NCBI GenBank assembly: GCA_040752675.1 | Contig: JBFMGF010000035.1 | Location: forward strand, 9,852 to 73,851 | DNA length: 64,000 bases | DNA from: Acidobacteriota bacterium | GTDB taxonomy: Bacteria > Acidobacteriota > Polarisedimenticolia > JBFMGF01 | Direction of reading: 5' to 3' | Part shown: positions 29,179 through 39,706 of the stretch, piece by piece | How the letters are laid out: every line of letters begins with the position of its first letter | How positions within the stretch are numbered: position 1 is the first letter of the stretch | The notes under the pieces: model-generated | Seen by the model: the letters and a program-made list of their open reading frames with translations, nothing else | Databases searched by the model: none | What the model was told of the DNA's origin: nothing | Position numbers and translations under genes: made by a program

Positions 29179-29910
29179 CTAACGGTCCCGGCCAGCGATT
29201 CCGCCTGTGGTGCTTCCTCCAGTCCCTGAATTGGGATTATTTTCTGGAAACGGATTGGGACCTTCTTCAATTCCCATGCATGAATCAGAAACAATATCAC
29301 TGAGATCAATGATGGTAATTCCATCCGGTGTGCGGAAGGCCACGGTAAACAGGTCTTGCTCGAATATCAACGCCGGGTTGCTGCTGTTATTGGAAGGATC
29401 CGAGACTAGGACAGGGTTTAACCATCGTCCGTTCAGGAATGCAGTGATGAAGATCCGGGAGGTCTCCGTTTTTTTAGTGAAGGCGAGAAACAGGATCCCT
29501 GAAGGCTCAAACGCAATGGAAGCTTCCAAATCATCTCCTTCCCCGGCGTGAACGATCGCGGGCGCAATCCAGTACTCACCGTTCCATCTGGAATAGACTA
29601 TATCGAAATCTCTCCCGTTGAAATGAGACCAGACGACCCACGGATATCTGTTTAATGGGTGTTCGGTAAACACTGGTTTCGCATCGCCGAGGATATCTCC
29701 TTCCATGTTAAGCATAAGGTAGGATGGGACTCCGCTTCTTACCGGTTCCCAGTACGAGGGCTGTCCTTTGTTCTCTTTGAACAGAAGAAGCGTGCTGATG
29801 TAGTTTCCCCGACCGTCGACGATCACTGATACTTCGGCCAGTGCAGATCCTGTTAAGATCAGGAGAGTGAGGAATACCCTCGCTGCGATGATCGTTATGG
29901 AGCGTTTCAT
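29179..29910 (-). CDS. Secreted hypothetical protein with a Gly/Ser/Thr-rich C-terminal tail
   Basis: N-terminal signal peptide (MKRSITIIAARVFLTLLILTGSALA) and tail NPNSGTGGSTTGGIAGRDR. No recognisable catalytic motif. The start overlaps the stop of the upstream HTH-TPR gene by 4 bp. Confidence 0.5.
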   Translation of the reverse strand: MKRSITIIAARVFLTLLILTGSALAEVSVIVDGRGNYISTLLLFKENKGQPSYWEPVRSGVPSYLMLNMEGDILGDAKPVFTEHPLNRYPWVVWSHFNGRDFDIVYSRWNGEYWIAPAIVHAGEGDDLEASIAFEPSGILFLAFTKKTETSRIFITAFLNGRWLNPVLVSDPSNNSSNPALIFEQDLFTVAFRTPDGITIIDLSDIVSDSCMGIEEGPNPFPENNPNSGTGGSTTGGIAGRDR

Positions 29911-31145
29911 GAAGATCTCCTCCTCTCTATGAAAGAGTCGAACTCATCGACTTCTGGAAATCTCCGCTCTAGAGATTTTCTCAGGCATCTTAATCTCCCA
30001 AAGGCTAACTTCTCGTCAATCTCGTTCTTCTCTTTGATGCCTATCTTCCAGAGATAAAAGGCATTCAGGAATTTTATGTCAATGTATCTTTCGTCGGAAT
30101 TTTCGGAGCATGCATCGGATCTCCGCGCGTAATGTTTCGCCCTTCTATGGTCTCCTCTGATAAGGCAGGCTTCCGCGAGTTTGTTCAGGCCAAAGGCCAT
30201 GCACCTCATAAAGCCTTTTCCCTCTGAAGCCCTGATTGCTTCCTTGATGGTATGGACACCCTCCTGAAATTTTCCAGAAGCTATCAACCGGCTGCCGATA
30301 TTGATGTTGAGATTGATGACTTCTTGATCGTTGCCGGATTTTTCGTGAATATTCCTTGCTTCCCTGTAGAACGCTATGGCTTTTTCGTTTTCCCCGTTTT
30401 GTGAGGCTATCGACCCGAGAAGGTGCAGGGCAAAGGCGGTACTTCTCGCATTGTTTTGCCGGACAGCCATCTCGTGGCAGGTCCTGGCCTCTATGGAGGC
30501 GATAAATGTTTCACCAAGTTCCATGTGGATGTTGGACAGCTCGATCAGTACGGAAAGAAGCGTGGAGTCCTTCAGATGATTCCCAGTCTTGAGGATCGCT
30601 CTGAGCTCATGTTCTGCCGCACCGAGTTTACCCATCTTTTCCAGGGCTATCGCCTTGGAGCATCGGGCCTTACTTTTTAGCTCGTCCAGCTTCCCATCGT
30701 TTCCATTTCCGAGGCTCTCCAGAGCCGATTCAAAAAGAGCATAAGCTTTTCCATGATATCCGGATTTGAAGGCTTCCTGACCCATTTCCATCAGAGCGTG
30801 AAAACCCTTAGAGGGGTCCTTGTACCTTTCGAATTTCTCGAGCTCGACCACATCCGAGAAGCTCTGGATGGAGACGTTGAAGATATCGGCGAGAATCTTC
30901 AGCTTGTCAAAAGAGGGAAAGCAGGTTCCCTTCTCATACCGGGACAACTGCGAATTGTCAAGGAGAGATCCCTCCTGTTTCGCCTTGTACTCGACAGTTC
31001 TCAGGGAATAGCCATATCCTCTTCTCAGTGTTTTTAAATATTCACCCAGCTTTCTGCTGCCGTTAAGACTCTTCATTGGTTCCCCCAAACCAAACTTTAG
31101 CGAGTGTTTCAAAACCCCCATTTTTTGTTTTGATAATACTCCCAT
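29907..31145 (-). CDS. Transcriptional regulator with an XRE-family HTH N-terminus and a C-terminal TPR-repeat domain
   Basis: LGEYLKTLRRGYGYSLRTVEYKAKQEGSLLDNSQLSRYEKG is a classic XRE HTH. It is followed by about 300 aa of TPR-like repeats. The true start is probably MKSLNGS. Confidence 0.65.
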   Translation of the reverse strand: MGVLSKQKMGVLKHSLKFGLGEPMKSLNGSRKLGEYLKTLRRGYGYSLRTVEYKAKQEGSLLDNSQLSRYEKGTCFPSFDKLKILADIFNVSIQSFSDVVELEKFERYKDPSKGFHALMEMGQEAFKSGYHGKAYALFESALESLGNGNDGKLDELKSKARCSKAIALEKMGKLGAAEHELRAILKTGNHLKDSTLLSVLIELSNIHMELGETFIASIEARTCHEMAVRQNNARSTAFALHLLGSIASQNGENEKAIAFYREARNIHEKSGNDQEVINLNINIGSRLIASGKFQEGVHTIKEAIRASEGKGFMRCMAFGLNKLAEACLIRGDHRRAKHYARRSDACSENSDERYIDIKFLNAFYLWKIGIKEKNEIDEKLAFGRLRCLRKSLERRFPEVDEFDSFIERRRSS

Positions 31146-31220
31146 GATGGATAGTGGTCAAGGAGGCGAACCCCCCTGAGGATCTTTTCATGCTGCATTC
31201 TTGCAGCAAAGAGGAAAGGT

Positions 31221-32696
31221 TTGTTTTTGAGTGTTCGATGCATTAAAATTAAAAAAGGGAATGAGGGCAATAATCCTGTGATAAAACAAGATGAAGCTCT
31301 GGAACGAGTGGATAGAAGTCCAGGCAGGGAACTGACCAAATCGGAGCCGACTTTCAAAAAAAGCCTGCTGATAGCCTCCATTGTGTTTGCTGCTTTAATA
31401 CTGACCAATCTTGGAATGGTCGGCTATGTCATGTTCCGGCATCTGAGCAAGAGTAAGATCTATTCTGCCTTCATGATCTCCCGGGATTGCGCCGAAGACA
31501 TTGCGGATAAAGTCATCAAGCTGAGCCTCCAGCCCGATGGACTGAACTTCAATCTTCTTAGAAAAAATCAAGAGAGGCTGGAATCGTACGTGAGAAAGCA
31601 TATTGCGATGTCAGGCTACCTCTTCTACGTCGAGGTGAGGGATAATTTCAGCAACAGAATCATTGCGTTTGTAAGATCACAGAGGGTGGTCAACGGCTCG
31701 GGATACCATGAGGATAAAATAGAGTTCATCAATCAGACTGATGGTGAGGTGCCACCTGGTCAGGAACCTATGGAGAATCCGATCGTGACTGTTCCGGTCA
31801 GGATTGGTGGTGGTCGGGAGGGAGAAGTGAGGGTTGGGGTCTCCCAGCAGCGCATTGAAGAGGAGATAAAAAGTCTGAGAAGGGAACTAATCCTCAAGCT
31901 CTCCATAACCATCGGGATTAGCATCATTCTCCTCTTCATCGCTTTTCTCTATGTGATCAAGCTGCTGAACAAGACAAGAAGGCTTGAGGCGGAGGCACAG
32001 ACCGCCGATCGCCTTGCCTATGTCGGCACGCTGGCTTCCGGACTGGCCCATGAGATCAGAAACCCCCTGAACGCAATGAATATGAATCTACAGATGCTTG
32101 AAGAGGAGATCGGCGAGAAGAGCTTCGATGGAAGCGAAGAGTTCAATGAGCTCCTCAAGGGGATCAAGGGAGAGATAAACAGACTGGAAAGATTGGTCAA
32201 CAACTTCCTTGCCTATGCGAGGCCTCAGAAACTGAATCTTTCAGAGGGGGACATCAATGAGGCCGTAAGTGAAGTGGTTAGATTCCTGAAACCGGAGATC
32301 GAGCAGAAGAAGATCGATGTGAACCTGAATCTCGATCCATATCTCCCCTCCGTGGAACTGGACGAGCACAGGATCAAGCAGGCATTGATGAATATCTTGA
32401 TCAATGCCAAGCAGATATTAAAGGAGGGCGGGATCATCACTGTTACTACGCGGATGGGCTCAGAAGGAAGGGTGATCGTTGAGATTGCAGACAATGGCCC
32501 TGGCATGTCACAGGAGATGAAGAATAAGGTCTTCGACATCTTCTTCTCGACTCGGGGCGGTGGAACCGGTCTCGGGCTTCCAATCGCGCAGAAGATAATA
32601 GAATCTCACGGAGGTAAGATCGACCTTTGGTCGGAGCGGGATCACGGGACCAGGTTCACCATATTCCTGCCGCGAGTCCACGAAAAGGGAAGGTGA
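31221..32696 (+). CDS. Membrane-anchored sensor histidine kinase (HisKA + HATPase_c)
   Basis: H-box LAHEIRNPLNAM; N, G1 and G2 boxes (NILINAKQ, DNGPGM, GGGTGLGL); two predicted TM segments. The annotated TTG start is uncertain and an in-frame GTG near 31269 is possible. Confidence 0.8.
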   Translation: MFLSVRCIKIKKGNEGNNPVIKQDEALERVDRSPGRELTKSEPTFKKSLLIASIVFAALILTNLGMVGYVMFRHLSKSKIYSAFMISRDCAEDIADKVIKLSLQPDGLNFNLLRKNQERLESYVRKHIAMSGYLFYVEVRDNFSNRIIAFVRSQRVVNGSGYHEDKIEFINQTDGEVPPGQEPMENPIVTVPVRIGGGREGEVRVGVSQQRIEEEIKSLRRELILKLSITIGISIILLFIAFLYVIKLLNKTRRLEAEAQTADRLAYVGTLASGLAHEIRNPLNAMNMNLQMLEEEIGEKSFDGSEEFNELLKGIKGEINRLERLVNNFLAYARPQKLNLSEGDINEAVSEVVRFLKPEIEQKKIDVNLNLDPYLPSVELDEHRIKQALMNILINAKQILKEGGIITVTTRMGSEGRVIVEIADNGPGMSQEMKNKVFDIFFSTRGGGTGLGLPIAQKIIESHGGKIDLWSERDHGTRFTIFLPRVHEKGR

Positions 32697-32756
32697 TGAC
32701 TCCGCGATTTTTGGTGTCGAAAAGGCTCCCATCTGCGAATAGGAGTTTTTGAATAG

Positions 32757-34802
<2,046 letters not shown>

Positions 34803-34808
34803 TGTGGG

Positions 34809-36182
34809 GTGAAATCTGTGAGAGAAGAGGCAAAAATAATTCTTGTCGAGGACGAGGATTCCAATAGGGAGACCATGGCACGCGCCCTGAGAAAGACGGG
34901 GTATCATGTGAAGGACTTTTCACGTTCTGCAGAAGCGCTCGATTATCTCAGGAAAGGGGAAAACGTCTTCCTTGTCATAACGGATCTCATCATGCCGGAT
35001 ATGGATGGGATGGACCTTCTCAGGGAGATCAAAAAGTACAATGCCAGCATCGCCGTTCTCATGATAACAGGGCATGCCAGGATAGAATCTGCCGTCGAGG
35101 CGATGAAGAAGGGAGCGGAAGATTATCTTCAGAAGCCGATTGATCTCTTCGAATTGAGAAAGAGAGTCGGTGCCATCGTAGAGAAGAAGCTTCTCGAGAG
35201 GAAGGTGGAAGAGCTCAAAGAAAGACTGGGGGAGTTTACCTTTGAGAATATTATCGGAAAATCGACTCCGATGAGGGATGTCTTCAGGCAGATCAAGATG
35301 GTTGCCCCCACGAGGAGCAGCGTTCTTATCATTGGAGAGAGTGGAACGGGGAAGGAACTCATCGCCAATGCCATTCACGAGAACTCTCCCAGGAGAGGTG
35401 AACGCTTTCTGGCCCTCAACTGCGCTGCCATTCCTTTAGAGATTCTTGAAAGCGAACTCTTCGGGCATGAGAAAGGTTCTTTCACAGGAGCCATCGGTAG
35501 GAAGATCGGAAAATTCGAGTTGACGGACAGAGGGACGCTCTTCCTCGACGAGGTGGATTCGCTTCCAATGGAGATCCAGGTCAAACTGCTGAGAGCCCTC
35601 GAAGAGAAGGAATTCATGAGGGTAGGCGGCGCTGAGACGATCAAAATCGACACAAGAATTATCGCGGCGACGAAAATCGATCTAGAAAGAATGGTTGCAG
35701 ATGGAACATTCCGGGAAGACCTCTACTATCGTCTCAAGGTAGTAACCATCAAGATCCCTCCTCTGAGAGAGAGGAAGGAAGACATCCCCCTTCTCGTCAA
35801 CCATTTCCTCAAGAAGTTTTCCGAAGAAAACACGAGATCGGAGATAGTGAAGGTCAGTTCAGACGTGATGCTGGCCCTGATGGAGCACGAGTGGGAGGGG
35901 AATGTCAGGGAACTTAAAAATCTCATTGAAAGTCTGGTCGTCATGACCGATAAGCATGAGATCGGCTTTGAAGACCTTCCGGAAGATTACAGAAGAAAGG
36001 GAATCAAGGAACTGGAGGAGATGAGAATGACCAAAACGATACGGGAGGTAGAAAAAGAAGCCATACTCAAGGCGGTTGAGAAGGCCGGTGGGAACAGGAC
36101 ACGCGCCGCAGAGATGCTGGGAATGGGACTCAGGACCCTGTATCGTAAATTGAGGGAATATGAAAAAGAAGGCAGAAGCTGA
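34809..36182 (+). CDS. Sigma-54-dependent response regulator (NtrC family: REC + AAA+ + Fis-type HTH)
   Basis: Receiver (ILVEDED ... VITDLIMPDMDG), Walker A GESGTGKE, GAFTGA motif (GSFTGA), and a C-terminal HTH. Confidence 0.9.
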   Translation: MKSVREEAKIILVEDEDSNRETMARALRKTGYHVKDFSRSAEALDYLRKGENVFLVITDLIMPDMDGMDLLREIKKYNASIAVLMITGHARIESAVEAMKKGAEDYLQKPIDLFELRKRVGAIVEKKLLERKVEELKERLGEFTFENIIGKSTPMRDVFRQIKMVAPTRSSVLIIGESGTGKELIANAIHENSPRRGERFLALNCAAIPLEILESELFGHEKGSFTGAIGRKIGKFELTDRGTLFLDEVDSLPMEIQVKLLRALEEKEFMRVGGAETIKIDTRIIAATKIDLERMVADGTFREDLYYRLKVVTIKIPPLRERKEDIPLLVNHFLKKFSEENTRSEIVKVSSDVMLALMEHEWEGNVRELKNLIESLVVMTDKHEIGFEDLPEDYRRKGIKELEEMRMTKTIREVEKEAILKAVEKAGGNRTRAAEMLGMGLRTLYRKLREYEKEGRS

Positions 36183-36312
36183 GATCTGTGTCAAAAAGGC
36201 ACTGTCCGGATTCTATCGGCTGGGGGCATTTTATAACTAATTGATGATAAAAAAGATATATAAAATACCGCTAACATAAAAATGGTATAAGTTTTGCGAT
36301 TTATATGCAGCT

Positions 36313-36681
36313 ATGGAAAACCAGAGAATTCTCGTAGTTGATGATGACCCTTCCGTCCTTGATACTTACAGGAAGCTTCTCAGAAGATGTGGGTATATAG
36401 CCATGACTGCGGAAAATGGGACAGAGGTCCTCAGGGACCTTGAGAAATTCAGATCGGCCGGGCTTGTCATCCTCGATTACAAGATGCCAGTCATGGATGG
36501 GCTTACGCTTCTAGTCGAGATGAGAAAGATGAAGTTCCTTCCCAAAGTCATACTGATTTCCGCCTATCTGACCGATGAGATCATACGGAGAGCGGAAGTT
36601 CTGGGCGTGGCAAAAATATTCCATAAGCCAGTGGATGTGGTGAAATTGAAACAATCCATCAAGGAAGCCCTCGAGGCTTGA
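36313..36681 (+). CDS. Stand-alone response-regulator receiver (CheY-like), no output domain
   Basis: ILVVDDD ... VILDYKMPVMDG ... KVILISAY ... KIFHKP covers the conserved D, D, T and K positions in 122 aa. Confidence 0.8.
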   Translation: MENQRILVVDDDPSVLDTYRKLLRRCGYIAMTAENGTEVLRDLEKFRSAGLVILDYKMPVMDGLTLLVEMRKMKFLPKVILISAYLTDEIIRRAEVLGVAKIFHKPVDVVKLKQSIKEALEA

Positions 36682-36715
36682 TTATTATCTTTACTCTAAC
36701 TTCGGAGGATCAGGA

Positions 36716-38254
36716 ATGAACAAGAGATTTCAATTTATATTGCTTCTGTTGATTGTGGGCGTATCCATAATTTTTGGAATGGTCATCAATGGCATGGTGA
36801 ACAGGATCCCGGTAGCTTCGGCTGAAAGTAAGCTCTATTCGACGGCTCCGGATATGGCCATTCAGGCTCCAAGCTTTGCGGATATCGCCGAAAAGGCCAA
36901 TCCTGCTGTCGTGAGCGTCATAAAGTACTCCAAGAAACGGGTGATCGATGAGCGTTACTTTCCCTTAGATGACTTCATTTGGAGATTCTTTGGGATGCCT
37001 GAAAGACAGGATAGAAGAGAAGAGCAACGCCAACATTACCGGCGAAGGTCTCCTAGGCAGGAAGAGTTCGAACATGAGGATGGAGGCGGCTCTGGATTCG
37101 TCATCAGTCCGGATGGCTACATCCTGACCAACAATCACGTCACCGAGCACGCTACAAGGATCGAGGTCACCATGGAGAACGATGAAAAGTATGAGGCCAA
37201 GCTGATCGGCAGCGACCCTGAGATCGATGTCGCATTGATTAAGATCGAGCCCAGGAGAGCTCTTCCTGTCCTTCCTCTCGGAGACTCGGATAAGATTAGA
37301 GTGGGGGAATGGGTGGCGGCTATCGGCAATCCATACATGCTCAAGCATACAGTAACGGTAGGGGTGGTAAGTGCCAAGGGAAGAAGGAACTTGATGATGA
37401 TGAGCGATAGCCCCCTGGCGACGTTTATTCAGACAGATGCTGCCATTAATTTAGGGAACTCTGGTGGGCCTCTCCTCAACGCAAGAGGCGAGGTTATCGG
37501 CATCAATACTGCCATATATCGTGGTAACCTTGCAGAGGGGATAGGTTTTGCCATTCCGATAAATCAGGTGAAAGCGATTCTCGATCAGCTCAAGGCAAAA
37601 GGGAAAGTTTCCCGCGGCTATCTTGGTGTGGTCGTCCGAAGTGTCGATGAGAAGATCCAGGATTACTACAAACTTGGATCGAGAAAAGGTGCCTTTGTAG
37701 ATGCAGTCCAGCCAGGGTTGCCTGGAGATAAGGCTGGCATCAGAAAAGGGGACATTATCCTGAGTGTCGATGGAAAAGAGATCAAGGAAAGTCAGGACCT
37801 AGTTTCTGAGATCTCTTCGAGATCGGCCGGTGACAGAGTGAAACTCGAGATCTTCCGGGATGGGAAGGGGATGACCCTTGAAGTAAAACTTGGCGAGAGA
37901 GAAACAATTTCCGCGGAGAAGGGAGAAGAATATCCTGAAAAAGAAGAAGAGAGTGATTCTTATGATCGCTTTGGCATCGCGGTGGATAATCTTACCTCTG
38001 AGAACAGGTACTATTTTGAAATTGATGAGAGGGTCCAGGGTGTCGTCATCGTTGACGTGAAGAAGTTCAGCGATGCCGCGGACGAAGGCATCCAGGAAGG
38101 GCAGGTCATCTCGGAAGTGAATGAGGTCCGTGTGAAGAATGTTTCTGACTTCAACAGGGAGATCAGGAAGGTTGGCAAAGATGATGTTGTAAAGTTTCAG
38201 ATCATCCTCCAGGATGGAACTTCCCACATGATCTTCCTGAGGCCCTCTAGGTAA
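36716..38254 (+). CDS. Periplasmic serine endoprotease HtrA/DegP/DegQ (trypsin-like domain + 2 PDZ)
   Basis: Catalytic triad context TNNHV (His), DVALIKI (Asp) and GNSGGPLLN (Ser); signal anchor; two C-terminal PDZ domains. Confidence 0.9.
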   Translation: MNKRFQFILLLLIVGVSIIFGMVINGMVNRIPVASAESKLYSTAPDMAIQAPSFADIAEKANPAVVSVIKYSKKRVIDERYFPLDDFIWRFFGMPERQDRREEQRQHYRRRSPRQEEFEHEDGGGSGFVISPDGYILTNNHVTEHATRIEVTMENDEKYEAKLIGSDPEIDVALIKIEPRRALPVLPLGDSDKIRVGEWVAAIGNPYMLKHTVTVGVVSAKGRRNLMMMSDSPLATFIQTDAAINLGNSGGPLLNARGEVIGINTAIYRGNLAEGIGFAIPINQVKAILDQLKAKGKVSRGYLGVVVRSVDEKIQDYYKLGSRKGAFVDAVQPGLPGDKAGIRKGDIILSVDGKEIKESQDLVSEISSRSAGDRVKLEIFRDGKGMTLEVKLGERETISAEKGEEYPEKEEESDSYDRFGIAVDNLTSENRYYFEIDERVQGVVIVDVKKFSDAADEGIQEGQVISEVNEVRVKNVSDFNREIRKVGKDDVVKFQIILQDGTSHMIFLRPSR

Positions 38255-38331
38255 GCAGCTCCTTATAAAATTACTTAGAATAACTGAGAACCGGGAGGTG
38301 TTCCCTGGGAAAGGCGAAAGGGAAAGTTCTT

Positions 38332-39675
38332 GTGGTGGACGATGAGGATGACATCCTGTCCTCGCTCAGGATGATTCTCGAGTATGAGGGGTATCAGTTC
38401 ATCGCTGCCAGGAATGGGATGGAAGGGCTGGAGAGGGTGAAGGAAAATCCGGATCTGATCCTCCTCGACATCAAAATGCCGAGGATGGATGGTATGGAGG
38501 TCCTGACTCAGCTCAGAAGATCACATCCACTCATCCCCGTTGTCATGATCTCCGGGCACGGAACTATTGCGGCTGCCGTTGAAGCGACGAAGATAGGAGC
38601 CTACGATTTCATGGAAAAACCGCTTGAGAGGGAAAGAGTCCTTCTCATCATCAAGCATGCCATCCAGCAGAAGAGATTGAAGGAAGAAAACATCACTTTA
38701 AAAAAACACGAAGAGAACAGGTTCCGGATGATAGGCGAAAGCGGTGCCATGAAGAGGCTCAAGGAAGACATCGCAAAGGTAGCGGGGACGAATGCAACTG
38801 TCCTTATAACCGGTGAGAGCGGCACAGGGAAGGAGCTTGTTGCAAGGACAATCCACAGGCAGAGCTCAAGGCAGGACAGGGATTTCATCAAGGTCAACTG
38901 TGCCGCCATTCCCGAGGAACTGATAGAGAGCGAGCTCTTCGGGCATGAGAAGGGAGCCTTTACGGGTGCTCACAGGGAGCAGATAGGAAAGTTCGTTCAG
39001 GCAGATGGCGGGACCATCTTTCTCGACGAGGTGGGGGACATGACTCTGAAAACGCAATCTAAGGTCCTGCGGGTCCTCCAGGACGGGGAGGTTGAGCCTG
39101 TCGGTTCGGCGCGGAGCTTCAACGTCGACGTACGGGTGATCGCGGCAACCAACAAAGACCTTCCGAGAGAGATCGAGAAGGGAACCTTCCGCGAGGATCT
39201 CTACTTCCGGCTGAACGTCGTCCCGATCCATTGTCCTCCTCTCAGGGAGCGAAGCGATGACATCCCTCCTCTCGTCAATTACTTCATGGAGAATTTCTGC
39301 AGTGAGAACAACTATAAGGTCAAGGAGATCACACAGGAAGCAATGAAGGCATTGATGGAACTTCCCTGGCGGGGCAATATCAGGGAACTGAAAAGCAGCA
39401 TCGAACGGCTCATCATCATGAAGACGCGAAATGTTATCGATGCGGATGACATTACCGAAGAGATCCTCATCAAAACAGCACCGGAGAGGCTATCCCTCGA
39501 GTCCGCAAAGACGCTTAAGGATTTTAAAGATGTTTCGGAGCGGGCATTCCTCGTGGCGAAACTCAGGGAAAACAACTGGAACATCGCCAGAACGGCCAAG
39601 GAGATTGGGATGCAGCGCTCCAACCTTTACAAGAAGATGGAGATCTATGGCATCTCTCGTGAAAAGGACAGGTAG
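38332..39675 (+). CDS. Sigma-54-dependent response regulator (NtrC family), second copy
   Basis: Receiver (LLDIKMPRMDG), Walker A GESGTGKE, GAFTGA, C-terminal HTH. The annotated GTG start leaves the receiver N-terminus short, so the start is uncertain. Confidence 0.9.
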   Translation: MVDDEDDILSSLRMILEYEGYQFIAARNGMEGLERVKENPDLILLDIKMPRMDGMEVLTQLRRSHPLIPVVMISGHGTIAAAVEATKIGAYDFMEKPLERERVLLIIKHAIQQKRLKEENITLKKHEENRFRMIGESGAMKRLKEDIAKVAGTNATVLITGESGTGKELVARTIHRQSSRQDRDFIKVNCAAIPEELIESELFGHEKGAFTGAHREQIGKFVQADGGTIFLDEVGDMTLKTQSKVLRVLQDGEVEPVGSARSFNVDVRVIAATNKDLPREIEKGTFREDLYFRLNVVPIHCPPLRERSDDIPPLVNYFMENFCSENNYKVKEITQEAMKALMELPWRGNIRELKSSIERLIIMKTRNVIDADDITEEILIKTAPERLSLESAKTLKDFKDVSERAFLVAKLRENNWNIARTAKEIGMQRSNLYKKMEIYGISREKDR

Positions 39676-39706
39676 CCCTCTCTGCCTGATACCACAATTC
39701 TGAAAA

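Noticed and set aside
32710-32730. Sigma-54-like element TGGTGTcgaaaagGCT upstream of ligA
   Set aside because: The -12 box is AGGC rather than TTGC, which makes it too weak to call.
36283-36297. Sigma-54-like -24/-12 element TGGTATaagttTTGCG (GG-N10-GC) upstream of the CheY-like gene
   Set aside because: It is attractive because two sigma-54 activators flank it. However, the GC dinucleotide lies only 15 nt before the ATG at 36313, which leaves no room for a TSS, 5' UTR and RBS. The -24 box deviates from TGGCAC. It is probably a chance match unless the mRNA is leaderless.
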